Assembly (NCBI RefSeq): GCF_042660085.1
Contig: NZ_JBHSTI010000002.1
Location: 30,001-62,000 of the forward strand
DNA from: Longivirga aurantiaca
Lineage (GTDB): Bacteria > Actinomycetota > Actinomycetes > S36-B12 > CAIYMF01
Length of the DNA stretch: 32,000 nt
Reading direction: 5' to 3'
The notes below the pieces were generated by a model. The model was not told the DNA's origin, searched no databases, and worked only from the letters and a program-made list of their open reading frames with translations. Positions 27,792-32,000 of this stretch are shown here, one piece after another. Position 1 is the first letter of the stretch. Each line of letters opens with the position of its first letter. A program made the translations under genes and the position numbers.

Positions 27792-29423
27792 GTGGCACCC
27801 ATACCCAGTGCATTTGCGATCTGCTCACGGGCAGTCTTCCCGATGACTGACCCGCTCGAAGTCCACGCCGGTGCCGTCGTGGTCGAGAACGGGCGGATCG
27901 TGTCGGTTGTTCGAGACCGGAGTCAGATCCCCGAGGGGCTGCGCGTCTTCGACGTGGGTGATCGGCCCGTGCTCCCCGGCTTCGTTGATCCGCACGTGCA
28001 CGTCGAGATGTCGGCCACAGCGATCTTCGGCGCGGTTGACTGCCGCACCCCACCTTGCGCGTCTGTCGGCGACGTCCTCGACCAGCTGAGAAAGAACCAG
28101 GCGTTGCGCGAAGCACGTGGCGGATGGCTGATCGGCCAGGGGGTTCTCTACGCCTCCCGTCGCTTCGACGAGCGACGACTACCCACGATGACCGAGCTGG
28201 ATTCGATCTCCGCGCAGTTCCCCATTGCTCTTCGGTTCGGCGCTCACGTCACTGTTGTCAACTCGCGGGGCATGGAGCTGGCGATGGAGGCTGGTCTCCC
28301 GGTGACCGGTGACGCCCACGTGTGCCTCGATTCCAGCGGCAAGGCCACCGGCGAACTGCATGAGCTCTTCTACGCCCTCCCGATCCCCTCCCTCACCGAC
28401 GAGCAGTTGCGTGAGTCCGTCGCGGCAGTGGCACGAGAGCGGCTCACTGCCCACGGCGTGACCGCCATCGGTGAGATCACGAATACCGCTCGAGGCATGC
28501 GCATCATGAGCGATCTCGCAGGATCCGCCGATCTCCCTCAATCGGTTCAGGCGTACGTGTGGACCCCCGGCACCATGGACCTGTCGAATCTGCTCGCACC
28601 GGGGTTCCGTGAGTCCTACGACGGATCCGACTACCGCGTCGCCGGCATGAAGGTCTTCGTGGATGGGGGGTACTCGGCGCACGGCGCTGCCCTGTTGACG
28701 TCCTACGTGGGCAGCTCGTCCACCGGCCGTATGGGCTTCAGCGAAGCCCAGATGACGGAGCTGGTGAGTCGTGCGGATGCTGCTGGTCTCCAGATTGCCG
28801 CGCACGTCAACGGTGAGCGGGCGCAGCGCCTTGTGTGTGACTCGGTGGTTGCAGCGAGAGGCGGTGGGGCCGGCATTCCCGTGCGGCTCGAACACGCGGG
28901 CAACGTACTCACGGATCCCGAGACGGCGGAGTACTGGGCGCGAGCCGGCGCGGTCCCCATTGTGCAAGCGGGCTTCATCTGGTCGATGGGCTCGTTCATC
29001 GCGGAGTCCATCGGTGCTGAGTTCGGTCCGCGCCTCTTCCCCTTCCGCGAGTTGATCGACGCCGGGTGGCGGCTGGCGGGGAGCTCCGACGTCGCCGGCT
29101 CGGATATCCGGCTGTTCAACCCGATGGCCAACGTGATGTGCGCGACTCAGCGCGTCACGTGTGTGGGCGATCACCTCGCGCCCGAGCAGGAGGTGTCCGT
29201 GATGGAGGCGCTTGCCATGCACACGGTCTGGGCGGCGGAAGGCCTGGGAGTCGCGCATCGGATGGGTTCGTTGGCAGCAGGGCGCGAGGCGAACGTCGTC
29301 GTACTCGACCGTGACCCACGAGTGACGGATGGTGCTCTCCTCGGGGACATCGTGCCGTCAGCCGTACTCCAGCGGGGTTCCCTGGTGCACGGAAGCTTGG
29401 GCGAGTTGCCTGCGCAGCCGTAG
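27792..29423 (+). CDS. Amidohydrolase family protein (YtcJ-like)
   Basis: 543 aa, GTG start; GDRPVLPGFVDPHVHVE...KVFVDGGYSAHGAALL...LQIAAHVNGERAQRLV...RLEHAGNV...LAMHTVWAAEGLGVAHRMGSLAAGREANVVVLDRDP. Confidence 0.9.
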   Translation: MAPIPSAFAICSRAVFPMTDPLEVHAGAVVVENGRIVSVVRDRSQIPEGLRVFDVGDRPVLPGFVDPHVHVEMSATAIFGAVDCRTPPCASVGDVLDQLRKNQALREARGGWLIGQGVLYASRRFDERRLPTMTELDSISAQFPIALRFGAHVTVVNSRGMELAMEAGLPVTGDAHVCLDSSGKATGELHELFYALPIPSLTDEQLRESVAAVARERLTAHGVTAIGEITNTARGMRIMSDLAGSADLPQSVQAYVWTPGTMDLSNLLAPGFRESYDGSDYRVAGMKVFVDGGYSAHGAALLTSYVGSSSTGRMGFSEAQMTELVSRADAAGLQIAAHVNGERAQRLVCDSVVAARGGGAGIPVRLEHAGNVLTDPETAEYWARAGAVPIVQAGFIWSMGSFIAESIGAEFGPRLFPFRELIDAGWRLAGSSDVAGSDIRLFNPMANVMCATQRVTCVGDHLAPEQEVSVMEALAMHTVWAAEGLGVAHRMGSLAAGREANVVVLDRDPRVTDGALLGDIVPSAVLQRGSLVHGSLGELPAQP

Positions 29424-29439
29424 GCCCGCCAGCCCATGC

Positions 29440-29628
29440 CGCCTCGACGGTGACCGGCGTCCGGTTCCAGGCCGCCTGGGGTCGGCTCGAGCGTTGCGAT
29501 GCCTGGCGGGACAGACCCAGCTCCTGGGCGACATGTGACACCGGCTGCCCCTCGAACCGGATCCGCTGAACTCGCCGGCAACGGCCGTGGAACGTCAACC
29601 GGGTGTTGGCGTGGACCATCAGGGCCAC
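29440..29628 (-). pseudogene. IS481-type transposase N-terminal remnant with internal deletion
   Basis: MALMVHANTRLTFHGRCRRVQRIRFEGQPVSHVAQELGLSRQ|ASQRSSRPQAAWNRTPVTVEA: HTH start followed by the 'RSSRP...RTP..VEA' stretch, with the intervening RW segment missing. Confidence 0.6.
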
Positions 29629-29735
29629 CGTGCAGTGCGTGCCCTAGCCGTCAGCCACTGCATCGGAGGTCTTCGTTCTGATCGGGCGCTACGCCGTCAC
29701 CAACCTGGTGGCCGGTCATGCCCAGGGCCGTCGCA

Positions 29736-30521
29736 CTACATCGAGAAGCGCCCCAGCTGCTGCGCAGTGGACTTCAGTTCCTCCACGACGGACGGGATAT
29801 CGGCTTGGTCGTAACGGGAGAGCGGCATTGAGACGCATACCGACGCGACCGGCTCGTGCTCGTTGGTTGCAGACCAGACAGGAACGGCGAGAGCACCGAT
29901 ACCGTCATCGCTCTGGCCGTAGTTCGTGGCATAGCCAGTCTTGCGAACAGCCGCGAGTTCGCCGATGAGGGTGTCGAAATCGGCCGCGGAGAGCCTGGCC
30001 GCGTCCGTGCGGCCAGCAGGCTGATACATCGCAGACACGGTGTCGGCGGGAAGAAAGGCCAAGATGGCCTTGCCGCCCGCGGTGATGTGGGCCGGGTAGT
30101 TGGCGCCCCTGAGGGTGCCAACCCGGAGGGCGCGTTGGACCTCGACACTCTCCACGAATGTCAGCGTCATGCCCCGTAGCACGCCCACGGCAACCGTTTC
30201 GTCGAGTTTCGCTGCCAAGGCCGCTAGATGCGGTCGCGCCCAGAGCCGCATATCGGAAAGATCGAGCAGGGAGACCCCGAGGTCGACCAAGGCCTCGCCA
30301 GGGCCGTAGGCCTTGCTCTCGACGTTCTGCGCGACGAACTTGTGGTGCTGCAGCATGGCAAGGAGCCGGTGGGCGGTGGACGGCGCTACGTCCAAGTACT
30401 TGGCGACTTGAGACACGCGCACGGTGCGCTCTGTCCGGAACATCAGCAGCAGCCGAAGCGCGTTGTCCACCGACTCGATCCGGTACTGCGGGCCCGCGTT
30501 GTCGCCCCTGGGTTCCACCAC
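29736..30521 (-). CDS. IclR family transcriptional regulator
   Basis: 261 aa; YRIESVDNALRLLLMFRTERTVRVSQVAKYLDVAPSTAHRLLAMLQHHKFVAQN...YPAHITAGGKAILAFLPAD...GYATNYGQSDDGIGALAVPVW. Confidence 0.94.
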   Translation of the reverse strand: MVEPRGDNAGPQYRIESVDNALRLLLMFRTERTVRVSQVAKYLDVAPSTAHRLLAMLQHHKFVAQNVESKAYGPGEALVDLGVSLLDLSDMRLWARPHLAALAAKLDETVAVGVLRGMTLTFVESVEVQRALRVGTLRGANYPAHITAGGKAILAFLPADTVSAMYQPAGRTDAARLSAADFDTLIGELAAVRKTGYATNYGQSDDGIGALAVPVWSATNEHEPVASVCVSMPLSRYDQADIPSVVEELKSTAQQLGRFSM

Positions 30522-30584
30522 TTCTAGGCCCCCGTCCCTGTCGGCGCAGCCCCGTGGAGTGTGTCCGGGGCAGCACCGCGCCTT

Positions 30585-30604
30585 TTCTGCACGCTAGAAC
30601 AATA
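30585..30604 (-). promoter_or_regulatory. Putative -10 plus overlapping TTCT-N7-AGAA dyad at the iclR promoter
   Basis: Minus strand reads TATTGTTCTagcgtgcAGAA; same register as TATGGTTCTtcataacAGAA at 23666-23685. Confidence 0.5.
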
Positions 30605-30884
30605 GGGCACCTCGACGGGTCGAATGAGGAGCGCTGGGTTCGGAAGCGGAGTGCTGCCCGGATGGCGGCGATCCATCCGAGGGCCCGCCGCCAACATCGT
30701 TATGCGTCCGTTAACTAATATGTTACCGATCACATCTACATTGCACCCAGAGCCGTCCGCGGCAGAGGTTCTGGTCCCACATGGAGGCCCCGGCGACCGA
30801 TCGGCCGGAGCCTGTTCGAGCAGTGATCCACGTGGCGTGCGGTCTCCACCGCGCTCCTTACCCCTCTCAAGGAGTACTAGCAGG

Positions 30885-32000
30885 ATGCGAAACCCAGTTG
30901 GAAAGGCCCTGGCGGCGTGGGTCGTCGTTGCCAGCGTTCTGACGCTGTCTGCATGCGGTAGCAACGCTGCCAACAACTCGTCGTCCAGCAGCGCTGCGCC
31001 GAGTACGTCCGATTCGGCAACCGCCTCCGTGTCGTCTGACTGCCAGGTGGTGTTCGGGACGAACACCGAGCTGTCGGGCGACTACCAGGTCTACGGCGTG
31101 CCAGCCGCGCAAGGACTCGACGAGGCGGCCAAGGACATCAACGCCGCCGGTGGTGTCAAGGTCGGCGATCAGACCTGCGAGTTCGTCGCGGTCAACGTCG
31201 ACAACAAGTCGGATCCGGCCGAGGTCCTGACCGCGTCCCAGAAGGTCGTGGATGCCAAGGCGCTCGCTGCGCTCGGCCCGGACTTCAGCGGTGACGTGGC
31301 CTACGAGACGTGGAAGAAGGCCGGCATCATCGACTGGGTCACGAGCTCGGACATGATCGAGCGGCTGCGAACCGATCCCGAGAACAGCCCGCTCATGCTG
31401 TCGCTGCTGGCCTTCCAGGACCTGCAGCACATCGCCTACATGGCGCAGGCCAAGGCAAGTGCGCCGGACATCAAGACGGTCGCGATGCTGCTGCCCAACG
31501 GCGCGGTCACGGATGCGTGGGTCGACGACTACACCAAGGGTGCCGAGGCGAACGGCATGCAGGTGGTCAACACCACCCTCTTCCCGCCGGATACCCAGGA
31601 CTACTCGACCTTCCTGACCAAGGTGGCGGCGTCCAAGCCTGACCTGCTGATCGTCGGCACCTCCGCGGAGCAGTCGACCGGCATCATGTCGCAGGCTGTT
31701 CCGATGAACGTGGCGAAGTACTACATGAGCGAGACGGCCTCGGCGGAGTCGGTTGAAGCGCTCCCCGAGCTGGCGAGCGCCACCGTCTTCCTCCCGGCCT
31801 TCGCTCCGACGTTCTCGGCGTCAGCAACCCTGCCGACCGACGACGTGACGGCCATCTTCCCCGACGGGAAGGCACCCCTCGTGGCAGCCGCAGCCATCGT
31901 GCTCTACTACGCGGCCTGGCTGACCAAGCAGGCCGTTGAGACGGCCGGCAGCACGGACCCGCAGGCCGTCATGGATGCCCTCGTGGGCTCCAGCTACGAC
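30885..32000 (+). CDS. ABC transporter substrate-binding lipoprotein, branched-chain amino acid/amide type (truncated by window end)
   Basis: Absent from the ORF track because there is no stop. MRNPVGKALAAWVVVASVLTLSACGSNAANNSSSS... (lipobox LSAC) ...VVFGTNTELSGDYQVYGVPAAQGLDEAAKDINAAGGVKVGDQTCEFVAVNVDNKSDPAEVLTASQKVVDAKALAALGP. Confidence 0.9.
   Translation, partial: MRNPVGKALAAWVVVASVLTLSACGSNAANNSSSSSAAPSTSDSATASVSSDCQVVFGTNTELSGDYQVYGVPAAQGLDEAAKDINAAGGVKVGDQTCEFVAVNVDNKSDPAEVLTASQKVVDAKALAALGPDFSGDVAYETWKKAGIIDWVTSSDMIERLRTDPENSPLMLSLLAFQDLQHIAYMAQAKASAPDIKTVAMLLPNGAVTDAWVDDYTKGAEANGMQVVNTTLFPPDTQDYSTFLTKVAASKPDLLIVGTSAEQSTGIMSQAVPMNVAKYYMSETASAESVEALPELASATVFLPAFAPTFSASATLPTDDVTAIFPDGKAPLVAAAAIVLYYAAWLTKQAVETAGSTDPQAVMDALVGSSYD

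Noticed and set aside
27542-27802. 86-aa minus-strand ORF upstream of and overlapping the amidase
   Set aside because: No recognised motif, covers the predicted promoter region and runs through the amidohydrolase start; a small real gene cannot be excluded without conservation data.

Overview
High-GC actinobacterial chromosome (Nocardioides-like by style; this is an inference). From about 0.1 to 23 kb it is compact core genome: two DedA proteins, a TrmH/SpoU methyltransferase, an MFS transporter, class II fructose-bisphosphate aldolase, an AbiEi/DUF559-like protein, DUF3151, purA, two GNATs, a class III aminotransferase, purD, purB, acyl-CoA dehydrogenase, TetR, HMG-CoA lyase, purC and galE. 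From about 23.0 to 32 kb the character changes (visibly less extreme GC). A decayed NarL/LuxR regulator is followed by a catabolic-looking locus: an LLM flavin monooxygenase fused to an alpha/beta-hydrolase-like domain, a flavin reductase, an amidase, a YtcJ-type amidohydrolase, an IS481-type transposase remnant, an IclR regulator and a branched-chain amino-acid/amide-type ABC binding lipoprotein (runs off the edge). Most notable observations: (1) a TTCT-N7-AGAA dyad overlaps the -10 in the same register at both the monooxygenase promoter and the iclR promoter, with a tandem copy at the monooxygenase and a weaker copy in the amidase/amidohydrolase gap, suggesting a local IclR regulon; (2) the fused hydrolase domain has GLGYG in place of GxSxG (nucleophile Ser to Gly); (3) four TTTCGRT heptamers at exactly 22-bp spacing lie upstream of galE; (4) two alignable 57-nt palindromic elements with compensatory changes flank the AbiEi-like gene; (5) many genes have an -10-like YAGNNT-type hexamer 6-7 nt before the start codon (leaderless architecture), including a divergent pair sharing the palindromic -10 AGCCTAGGCT. 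No tRNA, rRNA or CRISPR array was recognised. All analysis was by eye, with no database search.
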